Source of the DNA: Chloroflexota bacterium
GTDB lineage: Bacteria > Chloroflexota > UBA6077 > SHYK01
Reading direction: 5' to 3'
Assembly: GCA_016202435.1 (NCBI GenBank)
Contig: JACQOR010000081.1
Coordinates: 1 to 53,545 of the forward strand
DNA length: 53,545 nucleotides
Part shown: positions 1 to 8,078 of the stretch, piece after piece
Numbering within the stretch: position 1 is the stretch's first letter
How the letters are laid out: every line of letters starts with the position of its first letter
Notes under the pieces: model-generated
Databases searched by the model: none
Told to the model about the DNA's origin: nothing
The model's input: only the letters and a program-made list of their open reading frames with translations
Translations under genes and position numbers: made by a program

Positions 1-101
1 ACCCGGTGGCGGCCCTACCCCATTGGGTAGTCCCGAAGATGGACTCCTGCTCTGTTGGGTGAGACGGGGACCAGGCTGGAACTCGCGGCGCCGACGAGAA
101 G

Positions 102-375
102 TTGTCACTGGGGATCCTTCTCCTGATTAGGGCCGCCAATCAGGTCTACATGACCATGATCAACGTCGTGCTTCAGCTCAATCTGCCGGACGTATTTCGC
201 GGCCGAGTCATGGGAGTGTGGGGACTGACCTGGAGCCTGCAGCCGCTCGGCGGTACGAATCGCCGGAGCGGTCGCGGAACACACCGGAGTGCCCTTCGCC
301 ATTGCGATCGGTGGCGTGCTCGTTACGCTGATGGCGTTCGCCGTGATCGCTCGGCCGAGCGTGCGAATCCTCTAG
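102..375 (+). pseudogene. C-terminal remnant of an MFS transporter, frameshifted
   Basis: Reads LSLGILLL...NLPDVFRGRVMGVWGLTWSLQPLGGT (MFS P-x-x-x-RGR loop). After a +1 shift at ~258 it continues IAGAVAEHTGVPFAIAIGGVLVTLMAFAVIARPSVRIL* (TAG 373-375). An in-frame TGA at 60-62 cuts off the N-terminal part. Confidence 0.7.
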
Positions 376-1565
376 GGTGTGGCTGCCTCTGGGGCATGAT
401 CGGTCGGCTGCTGAGCGAGCAGACGATCCCGAGCCCTGAGGTACTCTGCCTCATCGACGCGGCCGGCAGCGTGATCGCGGTCGAGGGCGATCAGGTCCTC
501 GATGACGCGCTCCTCAGGCGCAGTCGCCGCCACCCGGTCGCGGGCGGTCCACCAAGCCGCCAAGACAATCGCGATCCCCATGAAGACACCCACGATGGCA
601 ATCGGGGCCGGAGTAACCGGAAAGCTGAAGCCGGGCGGGGCTGGAAGCTGCCCGATAGTGAGCTTTACCATCGTTCCTGCAGTGAGAGCATTGCCGTCGA
701 TTTCGCGGTATCGGCGGTCCCCCACGACTGTATCCCGCGGGGCAGGGAATCCTTCCGCCGAGATTGACGGCCCGCCGGCCGGCGAAAAGATGTGGAGCGC
801 GTCCGCTGGATAGCGGAGGGTGCGCTGGAACAGGTAGCTGCTCTCGGAGAATGGGAACTGGTAGGAGAAGGCGATTTCGGTACGACCCGGCCGCACTGGA
901 GCCAGTGATGCGAAGCCGCGGTCGATTTGGACAATGCCCGCGGGGTCGAGCCCGAGGTGTGGTGTCAGCTGAAAGGCATGTGCTGGCAAACCGAAGACCA
1001 GGAGTCCGGACGGACCGCCAGCGCCATCCGCTTGGGGCAGAAACGTGCGATCCGTGGGATTCAGAAGGCGATGGACTTCGAGAAGAGTGATGGTCTGGGC
1101 ATCGGCATTGACTTCCGAGAATATGAGCGAGGATCGCTCCATACGGATGCCCGGGTCGGAGGCAGAGCTTTCGTACACGTTGAACGTCGTTTCTACCTGC
1201 GTCTCGGTTTCTAGCTCGATCCGCTCGACGTAGGAAACGCCGCCGTAATCAGTCCCCACGATGTACGTGGCTCCAGCATGACGAGGGATGTCCTCAAGCC
1301 GGAAACGGCCGCTGTCGTCGGTGGTGCCCTCCCAGGTCCCCAAGGACTGGTTCTCGTTCAAGGCAACGACCTGAACTTTTTGGCCGATCGGTGGTCCTAT
1401 GGTTCCTCGAGTCGCGTTGATGATCTGGCCCTGCAAAGTTAGCGCCTCAGTGGTGTCCTGGGCCAGGGCCGGATGGGTCACATACGTCCCGAGCACCGCC
1501 GCGTAGACTGCTGCCAAGAGCCAGCCTGCGTGGTGGCGGGATCGGCCCCCAGGGGCGACAGCCAT
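372..1565 (-). CDS. Exported/membrane-anchored protein with a carboxypeptidase-regulatory-like beta-sandwich and a C-terminal TM plus SHOCT/CcmI-like tail (ccm cluster-associated)
   Basis: Start reassigned to ATG 1565. Signal-peptide-like N-terminus ending ALA-Q, GQIINATRG...TTDDSGRFRL beta-sandwich motif, C-terminal TM, then LIALDRDHAAGRVDEAEY. Confidence 0.7.
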   Translation of the reverse strand: MAVAPGGRSRHHAGWLLAAVYAAVLGTYVTHPALAQDTTEALTLQGQIINATRGTIGPPIGQKVQVVALNENQSLGTWEGTTDDSGRFRLEDIPRHAGATYIVGTDYGGVSYVERIELETETQVETTFNVYESSASDPGIRMERSSLIFSEVNADAQTITLLEVHRLLNPTDRTFLPQADGAGGPSGLLVFGLPAHAFQLTPHLGLDPAGIVQIDRGFASLAPVRPGRTEIAFSYQFPFSESSYLFQRTLRYPADALHIFSPAGGPSISAEGFPAPRDTVVGDRRYREIDGNALTAGTMVKLTIGQLPAPPGFSFPVTPAPIAIVGVFMGIAIVLAAWWTARDRVAATAPEERVIEDLIALDRDHAAGRVDEAEYLRARDRLLAQQPTDHAPEAATP

Positions 1566-1690
1566 CTTTTCCGGAAGGCGAGAGGGTAGCAACCCCTGGC
1601 CCGTCCCAAGAGAGAGGACGGCCGCCCGCAGCCGGCGCCGAGAGCCTGCCGAGAGCTCGTGGGAGGGGTGCCCAGGGGCGAACCACGACC

Positions 1691-2932
1691 TCAATTGGGT
1701 GTCCACGCAGCGCCGCCATCCCGACTGAGAAAGAATTGATTCTGGTCGTCGACCAAACCTACGATCTGACCACGGATCCCCACGGCGCTCACAGCACCCT
1801 TGAAGGGTAGGCGGATCCACTGAGCCCCCGCCGTGGTGCTCTGGAAGAGTCCGTCGCTGGTGGCAGCGAGCAGGACGTTGGTCGTTGGATCCGCTGCCAC
1901 GGCGCGTACGGAGCCCAAGACCGCCAAGTTGCCGGCGCCGCTGGCAAGCGTCCAGGTCCGTCCGCCGTCGGAGGAGCGCATCACCCTTCCGCCCACCGCG
2001 AGGAACAGAATGTCGGGCGTGCCCTGCAGCGCGGCCAAAGCGGCCACATCGCCTGCTGGAGCGGGGCCCTGGAACTCCCAATGCGTACCTTCTTGAGTCA
2101 CGAAGATGCCAAACCCAACCGCGTAGGCATAGATGCTTCCGCCCACTTTCTGAGCACCGTGGATGTCGGCGCCGGGAAGATCGTGGACTACCGGCGCCCA
2201 GCTTTGGGCATCGTCCCGGCTTTGCCAGACGACCTCATGGCCGAGCGCGAGCCAGCGTCCACCAGACACGTTCACGATGCCCATGAAGTCTCCGGCCGGA
2301 AGTACCGGCCTCCAGGTCCTCCCATCGGCGGAGCGGAGCGCCCCGGAATGGTGTCCGATCCAGAGGTCGGCTACCTCTCCGACAAACACCACGTGAGGAT
2401 GCTCGAGGGACAGTGTGGTCATCGGCGCCTGGGCCTCTTGCTGGGCGATCAAGCGCGTGTACAGCAGTCCAATGGCGGCTACGGCGAGAACCGCCAGGGC
2501 CGAGGCGGCGAGCAGTGTACTCTGGAGTCCCCAGGGCCGGCGGGTGGTCAATGCAGTTCTTGCACGGTGCCCGTCGAGAACGAGCGGCGACGCTGATGGT
2601 CCATTCGCGCTCACTTCACGGACCGCCCGCGACTGGAGGGCAGCCGCGAGTCGGGCACGTGCATCCCTCTCGGCAGTGACCTCTGCCAGCACCGCGGCTG
2701 CTCGGAGACGATAGCGGTCCCTCAGAACGTAGTAGTCGGGATCGGCGAGATTCCCTAACTCCCTGTCGACCTCAACGTCCTGTAGATCGGCGAGAGCTGA
2801 GCCGTACCGCTCGTCAAGCTCGCGGAGGCGGCCGACCCTGGGAGCAACCCGCCGACCAAATGCGCGGCTGAGCGGATACAGAGTGACCCCGAGCGCCACC
2901 AAGACGAGGACGAACGTGAATATGGCACTCAA
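1691..2932 (-). CDS. CcmI-like N-terminal membrane domain fused to a BNR/WD40-YVTN beta-propeller
   Basis: TM1, then LADLQDVEVDRELGNLADPDYYVLRDRY (CcmI N-terminal-like), TM2, and repeated S-x-D-G-G-x-x-W Asp-boxes. Overlaps the ccmH stop. Confidence 0.75.
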   Translation of the reverse strand: MSAIFTFVLVLVALGVTLYPLSRAFGRRVAPRVGRLRELDERYGSALADLQDVEVDRELGNLADPDYYVLRDRYRLRAAAVLAEVTAERDARARLAAALQSRAVREVSANGPSASPLVLDGHRARTALTTRRPWGLQSTLLAASALAVLAVAAIGLLYTRLIAQQEAQAPMTTLSLEHPHVVFVGEVADLWIGHHSGALRSADGRTWRPVLPAGDFMGIVNVSGGRWLALGHEVVWQSRDDAQSWAPVVHDLPGADIHGAQKVGGSIYAYAVGFGIFVTQEGTHWEFQGPAPAGDVAALAALQGTPDILFLAVGGRVMRSSDGGRTWTLASGAGNLAVLGSVRAVAADPTTNVLLAATSDGLFQSTTAGAQWIRLPFKGAVSAVGIRGQIVGLVDDQNQFFLSRDGGAAWTPN

Positions 2933-3393
2933 CGAAGGGGCTGGTCCTTCAATTGTTCTAGGCCCCGGTCGACCTCGGCGAGGTAGTCGGACAGTTGATC
3001 AGACGCCGGCGCCTGATCCTCGACGGAAGGGTGCCGGCGGATCACCCAGATGACGAACGCAATCGCTGCCGCCACTCCCAGGAAGGGTGTGATCCACACA
3101 GCGGCGGTGAATCCGGTCGTTGGGGGCGAAAGGAGTACCGACTCGCCGTACCGCTCCACGAAGTAGTTGAGAATCTGCTGGCGGGAATCGCCGGCTTCCA
3201 ACCTGGTCCTGATCAGTTCCCGCATCTGCGTGGCTAGCTGTGATGGTGAGTCGGCCACCGAGAGGCCCTGGCAGACGGGGCACCGTAGATCTCGCGCGAT
3301 CCCTCGCGCCTCGTCCTCGAGATCCTGTGCCGTGGCGCCGAGGGCGGTCAGCACAAGGGCCATGACCGCCACCAGGAGGGCTTTAAACTTCAA
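2929..3393 (-). CDS. ccmH: Cytochrome c-type biogenesis protein CcmH/NrfF
   Basis: Signal peptide, LRCPVCQGLSVADS motif, YFVERYGE..L.PP, C-terminal TM. Confidence 0.95.
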   Translation of the reverse strand: MKFKALLVAVMALVLTALGATAQDLEDEARGIARDLRCPVCQGLSVADSPSQLATQMRELIRTRLEAGDSRQQILNYFVERYGESVLLSPPTTGFTAAVWITPFLGVAAAIAFVIWVIRRHPSVEDQAPASDQLSDYLAEVDRGLEQLKDQPLR

Positions 3394-5395
3394 CGGTTGC
3401 CGCGGGCGCGGCCCTGGGCATCGGGACCGTCACGGTAGGTACGACGTGGGTGGGCTCGGGCCAGAGGCATACCAGGGTGCCGATCAGCAGGATCCAGCCG
3501 CCTGCCCAGATGAGGACTACCATCGGGTTTACCGTGGCCACGATGCTGATGCTGCCGTCATCTCCCCAACCCGCAAGCACGAGGTAGAGGTCCTCAAGGC
3601 GTGTCGTCTCTATAGCGATCCTGCTGGCCGGCTGGTTGGTGAAGTTGTCGTGGAAGACTTTTCCGGGGGAGAGGGTCCAAGCGCGGTCCTCGCTATCCGT
3701 TACGCGGACTCGGGCCGACACGACGTGCGCCCCCGGCTCGCGCGTCTCGAACAGGCCCTGGTTGGTCAGCGAGTATCGGCCAACTGAGCCAGTCGTCCCG
3801 AGCGGCAAGGTGAACTCCCGAGCCTGCTGATAGAAGGACGAGTTGACTATCCCGACCGCCATTACGGCGACGCCCAGGTGGACCAGGTAGCCACCATACC
3901 GAGGACGGGCGCGAGCGATGAGCCGAGCCAGAGCGATCGGCGCGGCCTCTGCCGTCGAGCGCATTCGGGCTCGACCCCCGCGCCAATACTCCCAGCCGAC
4001 CGTGGCGGCGGCGAAAGCCGCCGCCACTAGCGCGAGGATTGCCGCTGGCGTGCGGAGTCCGATGATTACCAGGAGCGTGGCAGCGACGCCGGCGATCGCC
4101 ATCGGTATGACGAAACTCCGCTGTATCTGCCGACCGGTGGCGCGGCGCCAGGGAAGCAGAGGACCGATCCCCATGAGGATCAGAAGGAGGAGCAAGAGCG
4201 GCCCGTTGACCTGCTGATAGAAAGGAGGGCCGACCGTTGCCTTGATGCCTCGGATCGCCTCGGAAAGGATCGGGAACACCGTTCCCCAATACGTGGCGAA
4301 GGCCACACTGGTAAGGAGGACGTTGTTGAGCAGGAATCCCGTTTCGCGGGAGGCCAGACTTTCGAAGCGGTCTTCGTCCTTGAGGTGTGGCAAACGGTGG
4401 AGCAAGACGGCGACCGAGAAGATCACGACGATAGCCAGGAATCCAAAGAAGTAGGGACCGATGGCCGACTGGGCGAAGGAGTGGACCGACGTGATGACGC
4501 CACTCCGTACCACGAAGGTCCCCTGCACTGCCAGTGCAAACGCCGCAATCACCAGTGACATGTTCCAGACCTTGAGCATGCCGCGCCGCTGCTGGACCAT
4601 GACCCCGTGGATGTAGGCCGTGATCGCCAGCCAGGGCATGATCGCGGAGTTCTCAACCGGGTCCCATCCCCAGTAACCGCCCCAGCCGAGGACGTGGTAG
4701 GCCCACCACGCACCTAAGAGGTTGCCGGCGGTGAGGAAGCTCCACGCTAAGAGTGAGTAGCGTCGCGTCGCACGCATCCAGTCCGCATCGGTGTGGCCGG
4801 CAAGCAGGGCTGACATCGCGAAGGCGTAGGGTACCGCGACACTCGCGTAGCCGAGAAGCAGGAAGGGTGGATGGATCAGCATTCCGCCGTCATAAAGGAG
4901 CGGATTCAGGCCCTGGCCGTCCGGTAGAGCTCCGGGCAGCCGGTTGAAAGGACCCGAGACGAAGCCCAGGATGAAGAGGAAGAATGCCTCCACTGACATG
5001 AGCACGCCGATGGCGTACCCCAGGAGATGGTGGAGGCGGTGCTGCTCCCGCCAGATCGCCACAGCCGCGAGGATAGAAAGGCCCAACGCCCAGAACAGCA
5101 GCGAGCCCTCTTGCCCACTGTAGAAGGCCGCTATCACGAGCTGCGGGGGCATCGACCGGCTCGAATGGTCGGCAACGTATTGAACCGAGTAGTCGTGGTT
5201 GACGAAGGCGAGAAGGAGGGAGATCGCTGCCAGCGTGAGCATTCCGGCCACCGCGAACGCGCCGTTGCGCGCGGCGAGAACGAGCCGGTAGTCTCCGGTG
5301 CGACCGCCCAGGAAGCCCGCCGTTACTGCGCAAGCAGCTGCCACGAGGGCAGCCAGCACCGCACCTTGCCCAAGGTCGGCGCTGCTCAGCGGCAT
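3383..5395 (-). CDS. ccmF: Heme lyase CcmF/NrfE
   Basis: GQEGSLLFW, HPPFL, WWD motif WGGYWGWDPVEN, SVHSFA; multi-TM, 670 aa. Confidence 0.97.
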   Translation of the reverse strand: MPLSSADLGQGAVLAALVAAACAVTAGFLGGRTGDYRLVLAARNGAFAVAGMLTLAAISLLLAFVNHDYSVQYVADHSSRSMPPQLVIAAFYSGQEGSLLFWALGLSILAAVAIWREQHRLHHLLGYAIGVLMSVEAFFLFILGFVSGPFNRLPGALPDGQGLNPLLYDGGMLIHPPFLLLGYASVAVPYAFAMSALLAGHTDADWMRATRRYSLLAWSFLTAGNLLGAWWAYHVLGWGGYWGWDPVENSAIMPWLAITAYIHGVMVQQRRGMLKVWNMSLVIAAFALAVQGTFVVRSGVITSVHSFAQSAIGPYFFGFLAIVVIFSVAVLLHRLPHLKDEDRFESLASRETGFLLNNVLLTSVAFATYWGTVFPILSEAIRGIKATVGPPFYQQVNGPLLLLLLILMGIGPLLPWRRATGRQIQRSFVIPMAIAGVAATLLVIIGLRTPAAILALVAAAFAAATVGWEYWRGGRARMRSTAEAAPIALARLIARARPRYGGYLVHLGVAVMAVGIVNSSFYQQAREFTLPLGTTGSVGRYSLTNQGLFETREPGAHVVSARVRVTDSEDRAWTLSPGKVFHDNFTNQPASRIAIETTRLEDLYLVLAGWGDDGSISIVATVNPMVVLIWAGGWILLIGTLVCLWPEPTHVVPTVTVPMPRAAPAATVEV

Positions 5396-5402
5396 GAGGT
5401 GT

Positions 5403-5873
5403 TCACGGTCGTAGTGCCCCCTCGTAGATAGCGCGCAGCGCGATGGCCAGCGCGTATATCAAGATACCGATCATCGCCAGTTGCCAGTTGATCGAAACCC
5501 GGGGCGAAAGCGCTTCTGTCGCGCCCAATCCTGCTTTTCGTGCCAGCCAGAACATCCAAACGGCCAATCCCACCTTTGCGGCCAGCACCACCGGGTAGCT
5601 GGGGGGAACTGGCGCGCTAGCTAGCCGCTGAACCGCCAGAATAGTGCCGGTGAGCACGAAGACCGCGACACCGGCTCCGATGGTCTCACGCAGCACTGGG
5701 GAGGAGGCTGACGAGTGGCGGTCAGAACTCAGTGCCACCACCAGGGCGCTGCCGACCCAGAGCACCGCAGCTAGCGCGTGCGCCAAACGCAGGGCTCCCA
5801 GCAGCACCTCTTCAACCGCGGGAGCGATGGTTGTCCGAGCCCTCCTCCACCGCCCTTCCTGACGGGCCCCCAC
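5403..5873 (-). CDS. CopD-like 4-TM membrane protein (start uncertain)
   Basis: RLAHALAAVLWVGS, VFVLTG and LAAKVGL resemble CopD/DUF4149-type helices; 7 nt gap to ccmF. Confidence 0.65.
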   Translation of the reverse strand: MGARQEGRWRRARTTIAPAVEEVLLGALRLAHALAAVLWVGSALVVALSSDRHSSASSPVLRETIGAGVAVFVLTGTILAVQRLASAPVPPSYPVVLAAKVGLAVWMFWLARKAGLGATEALSPRVSINWQLAMIGILIYALAIALRAIYEGALRP

Positions 5874-5891
5874 ATTCTAGAGCGAAGCTTC

Positions 5892-6068
5892 CTAGAGCCG
5901 CTCGTCTCGGTCGTCGACCGGGCGGCGGGGTCCGTCGTCGTGGGGCCGCGTCCGCGCGATGATCCACGTGCCGATGCTGAGCAAAAAGAACAGCGATGCC
6001 CACATGACAAGGAGCAGAGCCGCAAACAGAATAATGATCCACCAGATAGAGAAACCGGGAGTTTCCAC
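5892..6068 (-). CDS. Small single-TM hypothetical protein (~58 aa)
   Basis: GTG at 6068 with GGAG upstream; long hydrophobic stretch followed by a charged tail; fills the gap between same-strand genes. Confidence 0.55.
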   Translation of the reverse strand: METPGFSIWWIIILFAALLLVMWASLFFLLSIGTWIIARTRPHDDGPRRPVDDRDERL

Positions 6069-6082
6069 GAACCCCGCTCCTG

Positions 6083-6595
6083 CTACGCGAACAAGTATAG
6101 ACGGCACTCTCGCCCGGGACGCACTTCGAGGACTCGGACCGTAGGCGAGTCGAAACCCTTGGCCTCAAAGCGGAGCAACTGGGAGTCCCACTCACGCAGT
6201 TCCATCGGTTCGGTTCCGAAGGGAAAGGCCGCCAGGAGTAGCGCAGGCGAACCTCCAGATAGCGTGGACAGTCCCCGAATCCTGTCCACCTCCCGAGCGA
6301 CTTCCTCTACCGAGGCGATTGTCGTGCGCGCCCCACGGCCGGTACTCGTGTAGCTTGTGATGAGGCCCCGAACGGCCAGCCACCACTGCGCGCCTTCCCT
6401 TACCATGGAGACGTCGCACCCCTGATAGTCCGGACGCAGATCACGAATCGCGCCGGCCCGCGCGAGATCGCCGAGGACGCTCAGCGTCTCGATCTTCATC
6501 CAGGCGTCGGGACGGAGACGATGGCGGTCGAAAAGCTGGAAGTAGGACACTCGTGCGGCAAGATGTTCGAGCAAAGCGTCCCACATTGCGTCCAC
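6083..6595 (-). CDS. Hypothetical protein (170 aa), possible degenerate PD-(D/E)XK-like fold
   Basis: GAGGTG SD before the GTG; globular alpha/beta composition; lies immediately downstream of tRNA-Leu. Confidence 0.75.
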   Translation of the reverse strand: MDAMWDALLEHLAARVSYFQLFDRHRLRPDAWMKIETLSVLGDLARAGAIRDLRPDYQGCDVSMVREGAQWWLAVRGLITSYTSTGRGARTTIASVEEVAREVDRIRGLSTLSGGSPALLLAAFPFGTEPMELREWDSQLLRFEAKGFDSPTVRVLEVRPGRECRLYLFA

Positions 6596-6684
6596 TCCAT
6601 CACCTCACGGGCCCGCTGGGACTCACCGTCGAGACGCGTCGGCTGAAAGGCCGGTGCGTACGGGTCGGCGATCCCCCGCCAGGG

Positions 6685-6766
6685 TGGGGAAGGCGGGACT
6701 CGAACCCGCACGCCTTGCGGCACGTGATCCTAAGTCACGCTCGTCTGCCAATTCCGACACTCCCCC
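6685..6766 (-). tRNA. tRNA-Leu (anticodon TAG), CCA not encoded
   Basis: Minus strand GGGGGAGTGTCGGAATTGGCAGACGAGCGTGACT-TAG-GATCACGTGCCGCAAGGCGTGCGGGTTCGAGTCCCGCCTTCCCCA: acceptor stem, D loop, long variable arm, GTTCGA T loop. Confidence 0.97.
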
Positions 6767-6774
6767 TGTGGTGC

Positions 6775-6783
6775 ACAATACCA
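6775..6783 (-). promoter_or_regulatory. Extended -10 promoter candidate for tRNA-Leu
   Basis: TGGTATTGT on the minus strand ending 8 nt upstream of the mature tRNA 5' end. Confidence 0.5.
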
Positions 6784-6836
6784 TCGGCTTCCATTGGGAG
6801 GCCAGCACTTGACACCGGACCGGTTCTTGGCGCTAC

Positions 6837-7922
6837 GTGGATAGTGCTTCACTCTGGCAGCCCCATTTGACCAGCGAAAGATTTGAGATCGAGGCGACGC
6901 GTGGAAGCGCACGCGTCGGGTCTTTGCCCACGCCCCACGGTACCGTGCTCACACCCGCGTTCTGCCCTCGCGCTGACGAGGGGATTGTTCCTGGGCTGGG
7001 CCCGGATGAAGTAAGGCAGGCGGGTGTTGCCCTGCTGGCCGCGAGTGGTCTCGATCTTCCCCTTCGGCCCGGGATCGAGTCGATCCAGCGACTGGCCGGC
7101 ATCCATCGATTTGTCGGGTGGCCCGGTCCGTTGCTCGTGGACGCCGGTACCCAGCGGCTATGTGAACTCGACGCAGCCGGTGGGATCCACGGCCGCCTGG
7201 AGCGAGTAGATGCTGACGGAGTCTCATACGCGTCGCCAGTCGACGGGTCTGTTCGGCGGATCACTCCGGCTTCTAGCGTGGAGGCGCTGGAAGCTCTGGG
7301 TGCCGATATCGCCGTGCCCCTCTATGACCCAGGGCGCACTCTTGGAACGCAGAACCGGAGAGGGGAAGTGCGAGGCCTCTCGGCTCTGTGGGCGGCAGCG
7401 GCGTTCCGATCCCGAACGGGGAACACCGGTCTCATGCTAGTCGGAGGGGTTCAGGACGTTCGAAATAGAGACGAGGCCGCATGGTACGCGGCCAAGCTGC
7501 CCCTTGATGGGTACGCGTTCTTGGCTGTTAGCCGGACCCCGCGTTTCGGTCCGCTGCTTGAGATCTTGCCCGCAGCCACGGTCCGGTATCTTGCCACGGC
7601 TGGTGGACCCGACGAGTTGGCCATCGCACTGGCTGCGGGATTTGATCTTGTGAGCTCGGATGCTCCGTGGCGCGATGCGCGCGAGGGTCTGGCCTACACG
7701 GAACGCGGCACCGTGTCGTTGAAGGGCCCGCCGATAGTTGCAGAGCGTGGGCCAATCGAAGCCGATTGCCTTTGCTACACCTGCCAGGCGCTCGAGCGGC
7801 CCTACGTGCGCCATCTCTTTGGCACGCACGAGATGCTCGGCCCGCGGCTGGTGAGTGTGCACAATCTCGCCTTTGTGGCGAGACTGTTCGCCCGGTTTCG
7901 GACAGACCTGTTGCGCGCATGA
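6837..7922 (+). CDS. Queuine tRNA-ribosyltransferase (TGT) family protein with degenerate catalytic motifs
   Basis: ARVGSLPTPHGTVLTPAF N-terminus, LRPG, HRFVGWPGPLLVD, Zn site CLCYTC...HNL. DSGGFQ reads DAGTQR and DMFDC reads DLVSS. Confidence 0.9.
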   Translation: MDSASLWQPHLTSERFEIEATRGSARVGSLPTPHGTVLTPAFCPRADEGIVPGLGPDEVRQAGVALLAASGLDLPLRPGIESIQRLAGIHRFVGWPGPLLVDAGTQRLCELDAAGGIHGRLERVDADGVSYASPVDGSVRRITPASSVEALEALGADIAVPLYDPGRTLGTQNRRGEVRGLSALWAAAAFRSRTGNTGLMLVGGVQDVRNRDEAAWYAAKLPLDGYAFLAVSRTPRFGPLLEILPAATVRYLATAGGPDELAIALAAGFDLVSSDAPWRDAREGLAYTERGTVSLKGPPIVAERGPIEADCLCYTCQALERPYVRHLFGTHEMLGPRLVSVHNLAFVARLFARFRTDLLRA

Positions 7923-8013
7923 AACCTTTGCATCGGCATCCAACTGGGGCCCGTGACCTGGCGAAAGCGGGATGGCAAGTCGCCCCGACCCTATCACGAG
8001 TACATCACACTCG

Positions 8014-8043
8014 TTGACTGCCTTTTTGGGCCGATGCTAGGAT
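8014..8043 (+). promoter_or_regulatory. Sigma70-type promoter for udg-ftsK
   Basis: TTGACT (8014-8019), 18 nt spacer, TAGGAT (8038-8043) with TGn extension. Confidence 0.55.
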
Positions 8044-8078
8044 GGCTAGCAGCCTAGTGTTCTTATAGGGGAGCCTCG

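Noticed and set aside
258-767. C-terminal part of the 221-aa ORF 102..767
   Set aside because: Out-of-frame read-through after the MFS frameshift, antisense to a real gene.
1566-2081. N-terminal extension of the 372..2081 ORF
   Set aside because: Overlaps the propeller gene in another frame and is Arg/Gly-rich noise; the signal peptide begins at ATG 1565.
6600-6700. tRNA-Leu as an integration site for an island
   Set aside because: No integrase and no duplicated tRNA 3' end seen in the window; downstream genes look native.
6837-7922. TGT homolog as a DpdA DNA-modification/defence gene
   Set aside because: No dpdB/C or preQ0 synthesis genes in the window, nucleophile motif lost, and the N-terminus is tRNA-TGT-like.
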